Assembly (NCBI GenBank): GCA_963706595.1
Contig: OY970166.1
Location: 2,016,001-2,080,000, forward strand
Length of the DNA stretch: 64,000 nt
Source of the DNA: an uncultured cyanobacterium
Lineage (GTDB): Bacteria > Cyanobacteriota > Cyanobacteriia > Cyanobacteriales > Nostocaceae
Direction: 5' to 3'
Shown: one piece after another, positions 1-11,123 of the stretch
Position numbering within the stretch: the stretch's first letter is position 1
Layout of the letters: every line of letters starts with the position of its first letter
Made by a program: the position numbers and the translations under genes
The notes under the pieces: model-generated
Told to the model about the DNA's origin: nothing
Databases searched by the model: none
The model's input: only the letters and a program-made list of their open reading frames with translations

Positions 1-2
1 AT

Positions 3-842
3 CTTCACAAGCATCGTCATGATTTTAGCGGTACGGTGAAAATGATTTTTCAGCCAGCCGAAGAAGGGCCAGGCGGCGCAAAACCCATGATTGCAGCCGG
101 GGTACTAAAAAACCCTGATGTGGATGCAATTATCGGGTTACATCTATGGAATAATTTACCATTAGGTACAGTCGGTGTCCGTCCTGGTCCATTAATGGCA
201 TCTGTAGAGTGCTTTAACTGCACCATTTTGGGTAAAGGTGGACATGGTGCGATGCCTCATCAAACCATTGATTCTATCGTCGTTGCCGCCCAAATCGTCA
301 ATGCCCTACAAACTATTGTCGCCCGTAACGTCAACCCCATTGATTCAGCCGTGGTGACAGTTGGCGAACTTCATGCCGGCACGAAGCTGAATATCATTGC
401 AGATAAAGCCCGCATGAGTGGGACTATCAGGTACTTTAACCCTGATTTTAAAGGATTTTTTCACCAGCGAGTTGAGCAAATCATCGCCGGAGTCTGTCAA
501 AGTCATGGTGCAAAATATGACTTAGAATACTGGAGTCTTTATCCACCAGTCATCAATGATGCGGGTATAGCGGAACTGGTGAAATCAGTAGCAGTAGAAG
601 TGATTGAAACCCCTATCGGTATTGTCCCAGAATGCCAAACTATGGGCGGTGAAGATATGTCATTTTTCTTACAAGAAGTCCCTGGTTGTTATTTCTTCCT
701 GGGATCTGCTAACCCTGAGAAAAATTTAGCCTATCCCCATCATCACCCCCGATTTGATTTTGATGAAACAGCCTTAGCAATGGGTGTAGAAATATTTGTT
801 CGGAGTGTGGAGAAATTTTTGAATAGAGGGAGTGGGGAGTAG
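3..842 (+). CDS. M20 family amidohydrolase (5' end outside the window)
   Basis: FQPAEEG, GKGGHGA, MGGEDMS and HHPRFDFDE motifs; the frame is open back to the window edge. Confidence 0.9.
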   Translation, partial: LHKHRHDFSGTVKMIFQPAEEGPGGAKPMIAAGVLKNPDVDAIIGLHLWNNLPLGTVGVRPGPLMASVECFNCTILGKGGHGAMPHQTIDSIVVAAQIVNALQTIVARNVNPIDSAVVTVGELHAGTKLNIIADKARMSGTIRYFNPDFKGFFHQRVEQIIAGVCQSHGAKYDLEYWSLYPPVINDAGIAELVKSVAVEVIETPIGIVPECQTMGGEDMSFFLQEVPGCYFFLGSANPEKNLAYPHHHPRFDFDETALAMGVEIFVRSVEKFLNRGSGE

Positions 843-1060
843 GGAGTGGGGAGTGGGGGGAAGAGGCAGGGGTGCAGGGGGCAGGGGAGAAGATAAGAAG
901 CAGGGGTGCAGGGGGCAGGGTGCAGGGGGGAAAAGACGCAGGGGTGCAGGGGGCAGGGTGCAGGGGGGAAAAGAGGCAGGGTGCAGGGGGCAGGGTGCAG
1001 GGGGGAAAAGACGCAGGGGTGCAGGGGGCAGGGTGCAGGGGGGAAAAGACGCAGGGGTGC
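827..1060 (+). repeat. G-rich compound tandem repeat (about 4 copies of a 37-38 bp unit)
   Basis: Unit GCAGGGGTGCAGGGGGCAGGGTGCAGGGGGGAAAAGAC at ~900, 938, 976 and 1013, preceded by GGGAGTG heptamers; a single related unit sits at ~4792-4830. Confidence 0.9.
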
Positions 1061-1075
1061 GAAGACGGTAACTTC

Positions 1076-1113
1076 CCAATGACAAATGACCAATGACCAA
1101 TGACAAATGACTA
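1076..1113 (+). repeat. STRR heptamer tract (CAATGAC-like)
   Basis: Tandem CCAATGA/CAAATGA units directly before the helicase start. Confidence 0.85.
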
Positions 1114-3276
1114 ATGACCTTCTCTAAACTCGCACCTTTTATCCAGGAATACATCTACCATCACAACTGGACTGAATTACGTCCAGTACAATTAGCAGCT
1201 TGTGAAGTTATCTTTAACACTGATGCTCATTTACTAATTCCAGCTGCAACAGCTTCGGGTAAAACAGAAGCAGCATTTTTACCAGTGTTGACTCTATTAC
1301 ATGAAAAACCCGCTAAAAGTATCGGAGTATTATATATTGGTCCCATCAAAGCTTTAATTAACGACCAATTTGAACGCCTCAACGACTTGCTGAAAACAGC
1401 AGATATACCAGTATGGCACTGGCATGGTGATGTCGCGCAAAGTCGTAAAAATAAACTTATTAAGAATCCCCAAGGCATTCTGCAAATTACGCCGGAATCT
1501 TTAGAAAGCTTGTTAATTAATAAGAATAATGACTTGATGCGCTTGTTTGGTGATTTACGATTTGTGATCATCGATGAAATTCATTCCTTTATGGGTTCTG
1601 AACGTGGTTGTCAAATTATTTGCCAATTACAGCGTTTAGCCCACTTGACAAAAACCCAACCTCGCCGCATTGGTTTATCAGCCACTCTCGGTAATTATGC
1701 AATGGCTGAAGAGTGGTTGCGTTCTGGAACTGACAAGCCAGTAATTACCCCCAATATCACCGCCGAAAAACGCCAAATTAAGCTGGCTGTAGAACATTTT
1801 TATCTGAATAATGAAATCGATGAATCAGAAGCTACAGCTTACGAGAAATATATTTTTAACCTCAGCAAATCTCGTAAATGTCTGATTTTTGCGAATAATC
1901 GCACCCAAACTGAATCAGTAATTGCATCCTTACGCCGAATTGCTACAGAACAAGCATTACCAGATATCTATCACGTACATCATGGCAGCATCTCTGCTAG
2001 TTTACGCCAATCTGCGGAAAATGCGATGCGAGAACCTCACAATCCGGCTGTGACTGCTGCGACTTTAACTTTAGAATTAGGCATAGATATTGGTCATTTA
2101 GAGCGAGTTATTCAGTTAGAATCCCCTTTGTCTGTTGCTAGTTTTTTACAACGTTTAGGACGCAGTGGGAGGAGAGGCGAAGCTGCTGATATGCGCTTGA
2201 TTTGTGGGGAAAATCAACCATTAGCTGAAGCACCTTTACCAGAACAAATTCCTTGGCAACTTTTACAATGTATTGCCATTATTCAACTTTATCTAGAAGA
2301 ACGTTGGATTGAACCGATACAATCAATTAAATATCCTTTGAGTTTGCTATATCATCAGACAATGAGCATTTTGGTAGCAACAGGAGAAATGACACCTGCG
2401 GCTTTAGCTAAACAGATTTTAAACTTATCACCTTTTGCGGCTATTTCTTCAGCAGAATTTAAGCTATTATTACGCTATTTAATTGATATAGACCATATTC
2501 ATCAAACAGAACAAGGTAAATTAATCATTGGATTGGCTGGAGAAAAGATAGTCGGAAAATTTCAGTTTTATGCTGTCTTTGCTGACAATCAAGAATATGC
2601 AGTCAAGCAAGGGACAACGGAAATTGGCAGTATTGCTATACCTTCGCCTGTGGGGAATCAATTCGCCTTAGCCGGAAGAACTTGGGAAGTTTTAGAAGTT
2701 GACTTCAAAAAAAAGGTAATTTGGGTGAAGCAAGTAGCAGGTAAAGCTACTATTTATTGGCGGGGCGGTAGTGGTAGTATTCACAGCAAAGTTTTGCAAA
2801 GAATGCGGCAAGTATTACTAGAAGATATAGAATATAGTTACTTACAAAAAAATGCTCAATCACGTTTAAAATTAGTTCGGCAAGTGACCCGAAATGCTGG
2901 ATTAGATAAAGGAAATATTTTACAATTAGAAAAAGGTAAATGCTGCATCTTTCCTTGGATGGGTACAGTGGCTTACCGGACTTTGGAAAGATTGCTTAAT
3001 TCTTTGTGTCGAGAATCGTTAGAAATTAATAGTATTGGTGGGGTGAATCCTTATTATTTGACAATCAAATTAGGTAAAGATAAATTTAAACATCTGCAAA
3101 CAGAACTTGTTTCTTTGTGTGAACAAAGAATTACCGCAGAAGATTTAGTCAGTTCCGCAGAAGCCCCAGAACTGCAAAAGTATGATCAATTTATCCCCCA
3201 TTCGCTGTTACGAAAAGCGTTTACTGAAGATTATTTAGATATTCTAGAAGTTAAGCAGCAAATTTTACTTTGGTAG
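1114..3276 (+). CDS. Lhr-like DEAD/DEAH-box SF2 helicase
   Basis: ATASGKT Walker A, TPESLE, DEIH, LSATL, LELGIDIG and QRLGRSGR motifs. Confidence 0.9.
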   Translation: MTFSKLAPFIQEYIYHHNWTELRPVQLAACEVIFNTDAHLLIPAATASGKTEAAFLPVLTLLHEKPAKSIGVLYIGPIKALINDQFERLNDLLKTADIPVWHWHGDVAQSRKNKLIKNPQGILQITPESLESLLINKNNDLMRLFGDLRFVIIDEIHSFMGSERGCQIICQLQRLAHLTKTQPRRIGLSATLGNYAMAEEWLRSGTDKPVITPNITAEKRQIKLAVEHFYLNNEIDESEATAYEKYIFNLSKSRKCLIFANNRTQTESVIASLRRIATEQALPDIYHVHHGSISASLRQSAENAMREPHNPAVTAATLTLELGIDIGHLERVIQLESPLSVASFLQRLGRSGRRGEAADMRLICGENQPLAEAPLPEQIPWQLLQCIAIIQLYLEERWIEPIQSIKYPLSLLYHQTMSILVATGEMTPAALAKQILNLSPFAAISSAEFKLLLRYLIDIDHIHQTEQGKLIIGLAGEKIVGKFQFYAVFADNQEYAVKQGTTEIGSIAIPSPVGNQFALAGRTWEVLEVDFKKKVIWVKQVAGKATIYWRGGSGSIHSKVLQRMRQVLLEDIEYSYLQKNAQSRLKLVRQVTRNAGLDKGNILQLEKGKCCIFPWMGTVAYRTLERLLNSLCRESLEINSIGGVNPYYLTIKLGKDKFKHLQTELVSLCEQRITAEDLVSSAEAPELQKYDQFIPHSLLRKAFTEDYLDILEVKQQILLW

Positions 3277-3288
3277 TTAATTAAAATC

Positions 3289-3873
3289 ATGTCCATTGCC
3301 CCTTGGCGAAGCGCGATCGCTCGTGCGCTGCATCGTAATCGTAGCCTAGTTTACGCCCGTTACCTACAAATAGCAACAGTCCGGGAAAACAATCGTCCTG
3401 CTAACCGTACCGTTGTGTTTCGTGGTTTTCTGGAAGATAGCAACCAGTTAAAATTTATTACTGATGCCCGCAGTGATAAAGTTGAGCAAATAGAACAACA
3501 ACCTTGGGCAGAAATTTGTTGGTACTTCCCCAACACGCGAGAACAATTTCGCATTTCTGGCTGCTTAACTTTAATCGGAGAAAATGATTCCCACCCCATT
3601 CTCCAACCAGCCCGGAGCAAAATTTGGCAAGAACTAAGTGATGCAGCGCGTTTACAATTTGCTTGGCCTGATCCTGGTAAACCCAGAGTAGATAAACCAG
3701 AAGCCTTTGAACCATCACCACCTAATCCCGCCCAGCCGATGCCCAATTTTTGTCTCCTGTTACTCGACCCCCAGGAGGTAGACCATTTAGAATTGCGGGG
3801 TGAACCACAAAATCGCCGAATTTACTGCCGCAATGAGCAGCAAGAATGGTCTAGCGCGGAAATTAATCCTTAG
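3289..3873 (+). CDS. FMN-binding pyridoxamine 5'-phosphate oxidase-like protein
   Basis: PANRTVVFRGF, TDARSDK and EQFRISG are typical PPOX-family motifs. Confidence 0.85.
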   Translation: MSIAPWRSAIARALHRNRSLVYARYLQIATVRENNRPANRTVVFRGFLEDSNQLKFITDARSDKVEQIEQQPWAEICWYFPNTREQFRISGCLTLIGENDSHPILQPARSKIWQELSDAARLQFAWPDPGKPRVDKPEAFEPSPPNPAQPMPNFCLLLLDPQEVDHLELRGEPQNRRIYCRNEQQEWSSAEINP

Positions 3874-3945
3874 TCATTAGTCATTAGTCATTAGGAAGTT
3901 ACAATCCTTCCCCCCCTGCTCCCTGCCCCCTGCTCCCCTGCCTCT

Positions 3946-4710
3946 TTAAATCCCCGCACCATCGAGAAATTGTTGAATTGCTTTATCTCTGAGGCTACAC
4001 AAGGGAGCATCTTTTAACAAATCACTGTCAGGAGAAACTACAGAAACGGCCAAAACATGAGTTTTTGGAGAAGTCTGATTGTTTTGGAGATTTTGGACTT
4101 GTTGTTCTAACGATTCAATTCGATCAACTAAGGCACGAATGACTTCAGCTTCGGAATCTGGTAAATTGTTGTGTTCGAGGGGAGCAACTCGCGCACCAGA
4201 ACGATAGACAACCCGACCGGGTACGCCGACCACTGTGCAATCAGTAGGCACATCCCTGAGAACAACTGACCCAGCACCAATGCGGACATTATTACCAATT
4301 TGAATATTACCCAGCACCTTTGCACCGGCTCCGACTACGACATTTTCCCCGACAGTGGGATGGCGCTTGCCGGTTTGTTTACCAGTTCCCCCAAGGGTGA
4401 CACCTTGATAAATTAAGGTATAATCCCCCACTATCGCCGTTTCACCAATTACCACGCCCATACCGTGGTCAATAAACACACCCAGTCCAATTGTTGCGCC
4501 TGGATGGATTTCGATTCCTGTTAAAAACCTCGCTGTGTGAGAAATTAAGCGGGGGAAGAAGGGCAGACCAATATGGTAGAGCCAGTGAGCTAGCCGGTGG
4601 AATAGCAGGGCTTGCAAACCTGGGTAACAAAACAAGACCTCTAGCCAGTTACGGGCAGCCGGGTCACGTTCAAATATGATGCGAAAATCAGCACGTAGTC
4701 TAGATAGCAC
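3946..4710 (-). CDS. cysE: serine O-acetyltransferase
   Basis: [34 protein letters not shown] and hexapeptide repeats. Confidence 0.95.
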   Translation of the reverse strand: MLSRLRADFRIIFERDPAARNWLEVLFCYPGLQALLFHRLAHWLYHIGLPFFPRLISHTARFLTGIEIHPGATIGLGVFIDHGMGVVIGETAIVGDYTLIYQGVTLGGTGKQTGKRHPTVGENVVVGAGAKVLGNIQIGNNVRIGAGSVVLRDVPTDCTVVGVPGRVVYRSGARVAPLEHNNLPDSEAEVIRALVDRIESLEQQVQNLQNNQTSPKTHVLAVSVVSPDSDLLKDAPLCSLRDKAIQQFLDGAGI

Positions 4711-4891
4711 GAGATAGTACCCTCGGAAAGCAAAACGAGCTACTTTCCCATAATATCGTTCCTGGTGTCAACTCTGAAATTTGGGGAGTAGGAAGAGGCA
4801 GAGGTGCAGGGGGCAGGGTGCAGGGGGGAATTGGACTCGGAGCAAAATTTTTATCCCTTTTTCCCGTTCTTTTTTTCTGGCGATTGGGGAG

Positions 4892-5392
4892 TTATTTCTG
4901 CTGCACCGTTAGAGTATAGTTACGCCTGATGCCAGGATTAAAAGTACCTACCCAAATTTTATAAGTACCACTTTTAAAGTCTTTGTCTTCAAAGCTGGCA
5001 TCTTTGTTTGTACCAGTGTCATCGCCGCAGCGAATTGTTTTTTCGTCTGGACCTTGGATGAGTAAGGTGGTGTCATACCCGCCACTTTTAACGAGTATGT
5101 TTAGCCGAGCAAAGTCTTTTTCCAACTTCAAAATGTGATCTGGTAGGGGGTCAGCAAAACCGACGCAGGCATTTCTATCGCGATCGCGTCTGCTAATCTC
5201 AGACAGGGAGTAAGAACCACCTGTGTTACCAGTAAGTATTCCTGCTGCTGGCTCAAAATCCGGTGCTAGGCTTAATTTTCCAAAATGTGATGTATTTGCT
5301 ATTGCTGGTGTAGCTGTAATGGCGGCAATCATCGCTACCATCCAGCTACCTCGAAAATGATACCGAGGGCGACGGTATTTCATAAGGAGCAT
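4892..5392 (-). CDS. hypothetical secreted beta-sandwich protein
   Basis: Signal-like N-terminus (ATPAIA) and DTTLLIQGP...CGDD...GTYKIWVG, resembling a pre-peptidase C-terminal type domain. Confidence 0.6.
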   Translation of the reverse strand: MLLMKYRRPRYHFRGSWMVAMIAAITATPAIANTSHFGKLSLAPDFEPAAGILTGNTGGSYSLSEISRRDRDRNACVGFADPLPDHILKLEKDFARLNILVKSGGYDTTLLIQGPDEKTIRCGDDTGTNKDASFEDKDFKSGTYKIWVGTFNPGIRRNYTLTVQQK

Positions 5393-5541
5393 CTCAACAC
5401 GCTTTTATCTCGATGATATATACAACATTTTTTCGTGCAACAATTCCAGATAACTTTTTAGACAATTGGCAAATTTCACAGTAGGGATCAAAGAAAAAAT
5501 ATCACAAAACGTTTTGTTTGTTTACCCTCTGTAAAAATTTA

Positions 5542-7206
5542 TCAGTCCAAAAATCGGAATAATATTCCACCTTTGAGCAATCCTTTCTCGCTACCGTAAC
5601 TGCTGATAGTGAGCGATCGCAGGTCTTGGAAAAACGGTTTACCTACAACTTCTACTAACGGCAAAATCGGCAATTGACGCTCTAACAGCGTTTGGCTTTT
5701 TGTCCAATCGAGATACACATACCCCTGATTCGGTTGGGGAATCGCCGCGATACTATCTTGGAAATTGCGTTCGCTGATCAAAGAACCGTTTTTGGTGGTG
5801 ATCACTTCGTTCAAAGTTTCCAAATTCGAGGCGAAAATCTCGTAATTTCCGAGAGTCGTGTGTACTCCCTGGACTTTAGCCTCAATAGCAAATGCTGGAC
5901 GTGCTTGAGTATCAGTTTCTTGAGTTACAGCATTTAACTCTGTCCAAGCAAAGATTTTTTGTTGATTCAAGTTGAAAGAACTAATACTGAGTCCACGGGA
6001 TGAGGCGATCGCATCTAAACGAGAAATTCCTTCAGGGACATCCTCTAGTTTTTCCACCACAAACACCCAATCAGCAGCGCCTTCTCCAGCATGGGGTAAC
6101 ACCGCTAAGGCATATTCTCCTGTTACCCAACTAAAGATATCCTCTCCCAAGTTTATACCCTGGTTGTTTTGCAATTCTGCCAAGGGTTTTACCACAGTAG
6201 AAATTGCATCCGTTCCAGAACCAGAGAGAGCCGTTTTTACTTGTGTCCAGAGTTTAGCTAAATCACTATTACCCAAATTATCTAAATGAGAACTGGAAAT
6301 CACCAAACCCGCCCCATCTGGTATATATTCTAACGCCTTGACAGTTTTACTCAGTGGTTCAGAAACGGGCGTAATTTCCGAGTCAGTTAGGAAATTAGTT
6401 TCTGCTAGCAGTCCTTTAGGGTTCAAAGATAAAGAAATAATTTGGCTATCAAAGGTGGCTGCTGGTAGTTCTAAACCTTGCCATTCTGCCACGGCGGGAA
6501 GATTGAGAAAAGCCGTAGCTAAGGACGCTTTAGGCAATTTTTGGGCGGCTTTTTGGTATTTGGGCGAACTGGACAAATTCAAATCAGGAGCCTGGACATT
6601 ATTAATTGCGTCTCGCAGCACCTTCAGATCATTAGCAAATAAAACAAAGCCATCCACAACTGCACCAGCGAGGGAATCTTGCTGTGGTTGGGAATTGTCA
6701 GATATTAACTTTACGCCTTCATATTCCTCCACAGCCAAATTTGCGCCAGCCAATACCCTGCGAGAAAATAGTAAGTCTAAAAACTCACGGCTTTTTTCTG
6801 GTTTTTCGGTAGCAAGTGCCATTAAATACCCTGGCTGCTTTCCGTTCTCTGGATCACGGTCAATATCTACAGTAGTGACGGAGAGGGTGATTTCATTTCC
6901 CAGCCAGGGCTGAATATCTTGTTTGTAGTCTATGCCACTTTTAGCCAATAAACTGGTTTTGAGTTGAGATAATTCCCCTTTACGCTCCAACGATTGTAAG
7001 CGTTCAGGATTGGTCAGTAACGAAACCGTCACCGGAGCCAGTTTTGAGACGAATATAGCCGCATTGGCCTGTGAGGTAGAGGCGAATAACTTAACCGGAG
7101 AAGGAGCGAAAAACCAGTAAAAACCTGCGACTATGATTAGAAGTGCGATCGCAGCACCAGCCGCCACGAAACCAAAGAACGAGCGTTGACTATTGACATT
7201 AGACAT
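5542..7206 (-). CDS. DUF3352 domain membrane-anchored protein
   Basis: N-terminal TM helix, DIQPWLGNEIT and DIFSWVTGEYALA motifs. Confidence 0.75.
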   Translation of the reverse strand: MSNVNSQRSFFGFVAAGAAIALLIIVAGFYWFFAPSPVKLFASTSQANAAIFVSKLAPVTVSLLTNPERLQSLERKGELSQLKTSLLAKSGIDYKQDIQPWLGNEITLSVTTVDIDRDPENGKQPGYLMALATEKPEKSREFLDLLFSRRVLAGANLAVEEYEGVKLISDNSQPQQDSLAGAVVDGFVLFANDLKVLRDAINNVQAPDLNLSSSPKYQKAAQKLPKASLATAFLNLPAVAEWQGLELPAATFDSQIISLSLNPKGLLAETNFLTDSEITPVSEPLSKTVKALEYIPDGAGLVISSSHLDNLGNSDLAKLWTQVKTALSGSGTDAISTVVKPLAELQNNQGINLGEDIFSWVTGEYALAVLPHAGEGAADWVFVVEKLEDVPEGISRLDAIASSRGLSISSFNLNQQKIFAWTELNAVTQETDTQARPAFAIEAKVQGVHTTLGNYEIFASNLETLNEVITTKNGSLISERNFQDSIAAIPQPNQGYVYLDWTKSQTLLERQLPILPLVEVVGKPFFQDLRSLTISSYGSEKGLLKGGILFRFLD

Positions 7207-7375
7207 ACTAAACCAGAAATAAATTTTACACGGTTATATTTGCCAGCCCAGAGGCTAGGGATCAGGAAGCGAATCTCAGTATTTTCTGATAACTACTTCC
7301 CTGGGAAGAGATGCTGATGCTAGGAGACAGATTTTCTGTCACCATAAAGGATATAAGGTTGTTTACAAAAATCTC

Positions 7376-7735
7376 ATGACAGGGAATCCTTCTGGTCAAC
7401 TCATTACTCAGATTAGTGTAGAGGAATTGGCGCAACGTCTGTCTTCTGGTGATGCAAGTATTCAGTTAGTAGATGTGCGCGAACCTCAAGAACTAGCAGC
7501 CGCTAGAATTGAAGGCTTTGTCAACCTACCCCTGAGTGAATTTGTGGAATGGGGAGATCAAGTCCCCACCATGTTCAATCCCCAAGCTGAAACCCTTGTG
7601 TTATGTCACCACGGCATTCGCTCTGCTCAGATGTGCCAGTGGCTAATGGTTCAAGGGTTTACAAATGTTAAAAATATTACAGGTGGCATTGATGCCTATT
7701 CTCTATTAGTTGATGATTCAATTCCCCAATATTAG
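7376..7735 (+). CDS. rhodanese-like protein
   Basis: LVDVREP, CHHGIRS active loop, GGIDAYS. Confidence 0.9.
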   Translation: MTGNPSGQLITQISVEELAQRLSSGDASIQLVDVREPQELAAARIEGFVNLPLSEFVEWGDQVPTMFNPQAETLVLCHHGIRSAQMCQWLMVQGFTNVKNITGGIDAYSLLVDDSIPQY

Positions 7736-7777
7736 TCATTAGTCATTAGTCATTAGTCATTAGTCACTAGTCATTAG
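7732..7777 (+). repeat. STRR heptamer tract (TTAGTCA)n
   Basis: About 6 tandem copies; the same unit occurs at 3869-3893 and 48174-48222. Confidence 0.9.
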
Positions 7778-8241
7778 TTGTTGAAGCTGCATACCCCGCC
7801 CCTTGGCTACGCAACTCAAGCTATCGTGGGTATGGTTAACGATGGACTAAAGACCAAGGACTAATGATTCCACCTAGCGGTTTGATCATCCTCTGAAAGA
7901 TGGCGTTGCGAAGATGCGGCTGATATTTCCCTCTGAGCAATGCTATTCTTAACACAATACCCTCTCAGGTGATGATCTAGCAAACAAAACTCCCGACTCT
8001 CAGCAGCAGTTGGACTTTACTCATTTTGCATATATGAATTTTGTCTAAAAATAAGTATGTTTAAATACAGGTTTTTTGTTCAAAAGCTGCAATAATACTG
8101 AAAAATGCTAACTTTGCTTGGAACACACAACAAAATTAAATAATTTGCTAAATTAATTAACTATTATTCATAAAATCTGGCTTTGAAATCTCTAAAATTT
8201 TCCCAGTTTAGTCAAAATTTGCCTTCAGCAAAACATACCCT

Positions 8242-9339
8242 ATGCAAGTCCAGTTAACGAATCGACAACAGCATATACTTTGGGCAACAGTACGCCACTA
8301 TATCGCTACAGCAGAACCTGTAGGTTCAAAAGCTTTGGTTGATGAGTATAATCTGGGTGTGAGTTCAGCCACAATTCGGAATGTGATGGGCGTGTTAGAA
8401 AAATCTGGGTTACTTTACCAGCCACACACCTCTGCTGGACGCATACCTTCAGACTCAGGCTATCGGATTTATGTTGACCAATTAATTACACCTGGTCTGC
8501 GAGATGCGACGCGCACGGATGTTTTAGCCAAGGAGGTAGAACTGGCGCTGCAAAATCGACTCCACTGGGAAGATTGGAGTTTGGAAGCCGTACTCCAAGG
8601 CGCAGCGCAAATTTTAGCCACCGTGAGTGGCTGCATTAGCTTAATCACTATGCCGCAAACCACTACAGCAATCTTGCGACATCTGCAATTGGTGCAAATT
8701 GAAGCCAATAAGATCATGCTAATTGTGGTAACGGATGATTATGAGACACATTCTAGGCTGATGAATTTGTCGCCCACCGAGGAAGAAGCAAAACTTGATC
8801 CAGAGGGAATAGATCATGAATTACAGATTGTTTCTAATTTTTTGAATACCCACTTGCGGGGACGCAGTTTATTGGAATTAGCCAGCTTGGACTGGAGTGA
8901 GTTAGATCAGGAATTCCAACGCTATGGCGAATTCTTGAAAGGTTCAGTTGCAGAATTAACTCGTCGTAATTTGACACCAACTACAACTCAAATTATGGTT
9001 CGGGGGGTGGCTGAAGTTTTGCGTCAGCCAGAATTTTCTCAATTACAGCAAGCACAGACAATTATCCACCTGCTGGAAGAAGAACAAGACCAACTGTGGC
9101 AATTAATCTTTGCAGAACCGGAAGGAGAAGAGTTAGGTAAGTCCAGGGTAACGGTTCGCATTGGTACAGAAAATCCCCTAGAACCGATACGTACTTGCAC
9201 CTTAATTACTTCTACCTATCGCCGTGGTTTGCTACCTGTAGGAAGTGTGGGAGTTTTGGGACCGACACGCCTGGATTATGATAGCGCGATCGCAGTTGTC
9301 GCGGCTGCGGCTGATTACCTCTCAGACGCTTTTCGTTAA
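8242..9339 (+). CDS. hrcA: heat-inducible transcription repressor HrcA
   Basis: [24 protein letters not shown] and [10 protein letters not shown] motifs. Confidence 0.95.
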   Translation: MQVQLTNRQQHILWATVRHYIATAEPVGSKALVDEYNLGVSSATIRNVMGVLEKSGLLYQPHTSAGRIPSDSGYRIYVDQLITPGLRDATRTDVLAKEVELALQNRLHWEDWSLEAVLQGAAQILATVSGCISLITMPQTTTAILRHLQLVQIEANKIMLIVVTDDYETHSRLMNLSPTEEEAKLDPEGIDHELQIVSNFLNTHLRGRSLLELASLDWSELDQEFQRYGEFLKGSVAELTRRNLTPTTTQIMVRGVAEVLRQPEFSQLQQAQTIIHLLEEEQDQLWQLIFAEPEGEELGKSRVTVRIGTENPLEPIRTCTLITSTYRRGLLPVGSVGVLGPTRLDYDSAIAVVAAAADYLSDAFR

Positions 9340-9351
9340 CTTATTTAAATT

Positions 9352-10056
9352 ATGTTCAGAAAAATTGCCTTTGGTTCAATATGGCTGGGATTTCTTACCT
9401 ATGCTTTTATCTTTGCTCCCCCAGATCAACCTGATACATTTGAATTAATTAAAAATCTTTCCGTTGGTAAATGGGAAGGTATTAACCCCCTAGTCATCGC
9501 ATTATTCAACCTCATGGGCATTTGGCCTGTAATTTACAGTGCAATTCTGTTTATTGATGGTAGAGGGCAAAAAATCCGGGCTTGGCCATTTGCTACAGCC
9601 TCTTTTGCTGTCGGTGCTTTTGCGCTGTTACCTTATTTAGCTTTACGGGAACCAAATCAGGCGTTTTCTGGTAAAAAGAGTCTCTGGCTAAAGTTACTAG
9701 ATTCTCGGATTACTGGTTTGATTTTGACTATCGGCGCAGCGATTCTAGTCGCCTATGGTTTACAAGGAGATTGGGGAAACTTTGTGCAGCAATGGCAAAC
9801 CAGCCGTTTTATCCATGTGATGAGTTTAGACTTCTGCGTACTTTCGCTATTATTTCCCGCATTATTGGGAGATGACATGGCACGTCGGGGGATGAAAAAT
9901 CAGCCATTATTCTGGTTAATCGCATTGATTCCCCTATTCGGTCCCTTAATTTATTTAACTGTGCGATCTGCTTGCAGCAGCGCCTCGCTATCGCCGCAGG
10001 TGGGGCGTAGCCCATCGCCCTTACCAGAAGCAGACATAGAGACAGTATCCAGTTAA
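9352..10056 (+). CDS. multi-TM membrane protein (DUF2834-like)
   Basis: About 6 hydrophobic helices; ALLPYLALR and MSLDF...DDMARRG motifs. Confidence 0.7.
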   Translation: MFRKIAFGSIWLGFLTYAFIFAPPDQPDTFELIKNLSVGKWEGINPLVIALFNLMGIWPVIYSAILFIDGRGQKIRAWPFATASFAVGAFALLPYLALREPNQAFSGKKSLWLKLLDSRITGLILTIGAAILVAYGLQGDWGNFVQQWQTSRFIHVMSLDFCVLSLLFPALLGDDMARRGMKNQPLFWLIALIPLFGPLIYLTVRSACSSASLSPQVGRSPSPLPEADIETVSS

Positions 10057-10085
10057 CAAATATAGCTCAGTGCTGTGTGTGGATT

Positions 10086-10856
10086 TTATTTAGACAGTTG
10101 ATGTACTTCTGGTAACTGCCACCAAGGAACATGAGGGTATTCGTGATGTTCGTAATGGTAGCCAAAATGGTAACAAGTTATGAATGACCACCAAATAGGA
10201 CGGCTAATAGTGTGAGAACGATGAGGATCTTTATAACCTTCTACAGGTTCACTATGGGGTAGAAAAGTTCCAAAATAAAATAATTGCAATGAACTTAAAA
10301 TTGAGGGGATTACCCAAAAATAAGTGAGATTGTCCTCTGGAAGATGCCATATATATTTGACCACGTTATAGATAATCATTAATGTGATAATTTGTAGCCA
10401 ACTCCAGTAACGCTTCATAAAATATAAATACCAAGCAAAAAAGTTTTTATGCTTACCGTTATGAAAGTCTGGGTCTGCTTCACTGGCGGGATTATGGTGA
10501 TGTAGCCAATGCTTTTTTAAAAGTTTCTGATAAGGTAAAAGACCATAAAGAAACAGGCAAAATGAGCCAATGAAATGGTTAATTTTGGGATTTTTGGGAA
10601 AAACTACCCCATGCATGGCATCATGAGCTGTAATAAATAATCCAGTATATAAAAATGTTTGCCAAAATATGAGCGGCAACAACATCCAAAACTTGAATTG
10701 GGATATATCAATATAAAGTAACAAACCGAGGCTGATAGCCCATATACTAATAATGGCGATCGCCATGAAAATACCCCCAAACGGGGATTTACTTTTCACT
10801 GCTGGGGTGGTATTGATTTTTATTTCCGGCAATGGTGGTTGTTCTAACTGGATCAC
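10086..10856 (-). CDS. crtW: beta-carotene ketolase
   Basis: Histidine boxes TGLFITAHDAMHG, HWLHH...DPDF and CYHFGYHYEHH, plus PWWQLP. Confidence 0.9.
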   Translation of the reverse strand: MIQLEQPPLPEIKINTTPAVKSKSPFGGIFMAIAIISIWAISLGLLLYIDISQFKFWMLLPLIFWQTFLYTGLFITAHDAMHGVVFPKNPKINHFIGSFCLFLYGLLPYQKLLKKHWLHHHNPASEADPDFHNGKHKNFFAWYLYFMKRYWSWLQIITLMIIYNVVKYIWHLPEDNLTYFWVIPSILSSLQLFYFGTFLPHSEPVEGYKDPHRSHTISRPIWWSFITCYHFGYHYEHHEYPHVPWWQLPEVHQLSK

Positions 10857-11123
10857 GCTTTTACTCCGCGTAGCTTTCAGGTGAAAATTCTCAAAATATA
10901 GTTATGAAAAAGCACTCAGCATTAGCCAAAAACCAATTTTAGTGGTAAGCGTTCTGCACTAGACAGTGCCAATCATCCCCAACTGTTTAGAAATATTAAA
11001 ATAACTTAATTATTATTACACATTATGCTCGCCATACCAAAAACTGTTTTCAGCTAAGTGAATCGGTAATGGGGATGAAGACAGTGTTTAGTATCCACAG
11101 CGCCCAGTATTTTTTCGTGGATA

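Noticed and set aside
743..1154. Four overlapping Pro/Cys- or Gly/Arg-rich ORFs
   Set aside because: They are translations of the G-rich tandem repeat, with no independent coding signal
7780..8241. Possible CIRCE operator upstream of hrcA
   Set aside because: No TTAGCACTC-N9-GAGTGCTAA inverted repeat found by eye
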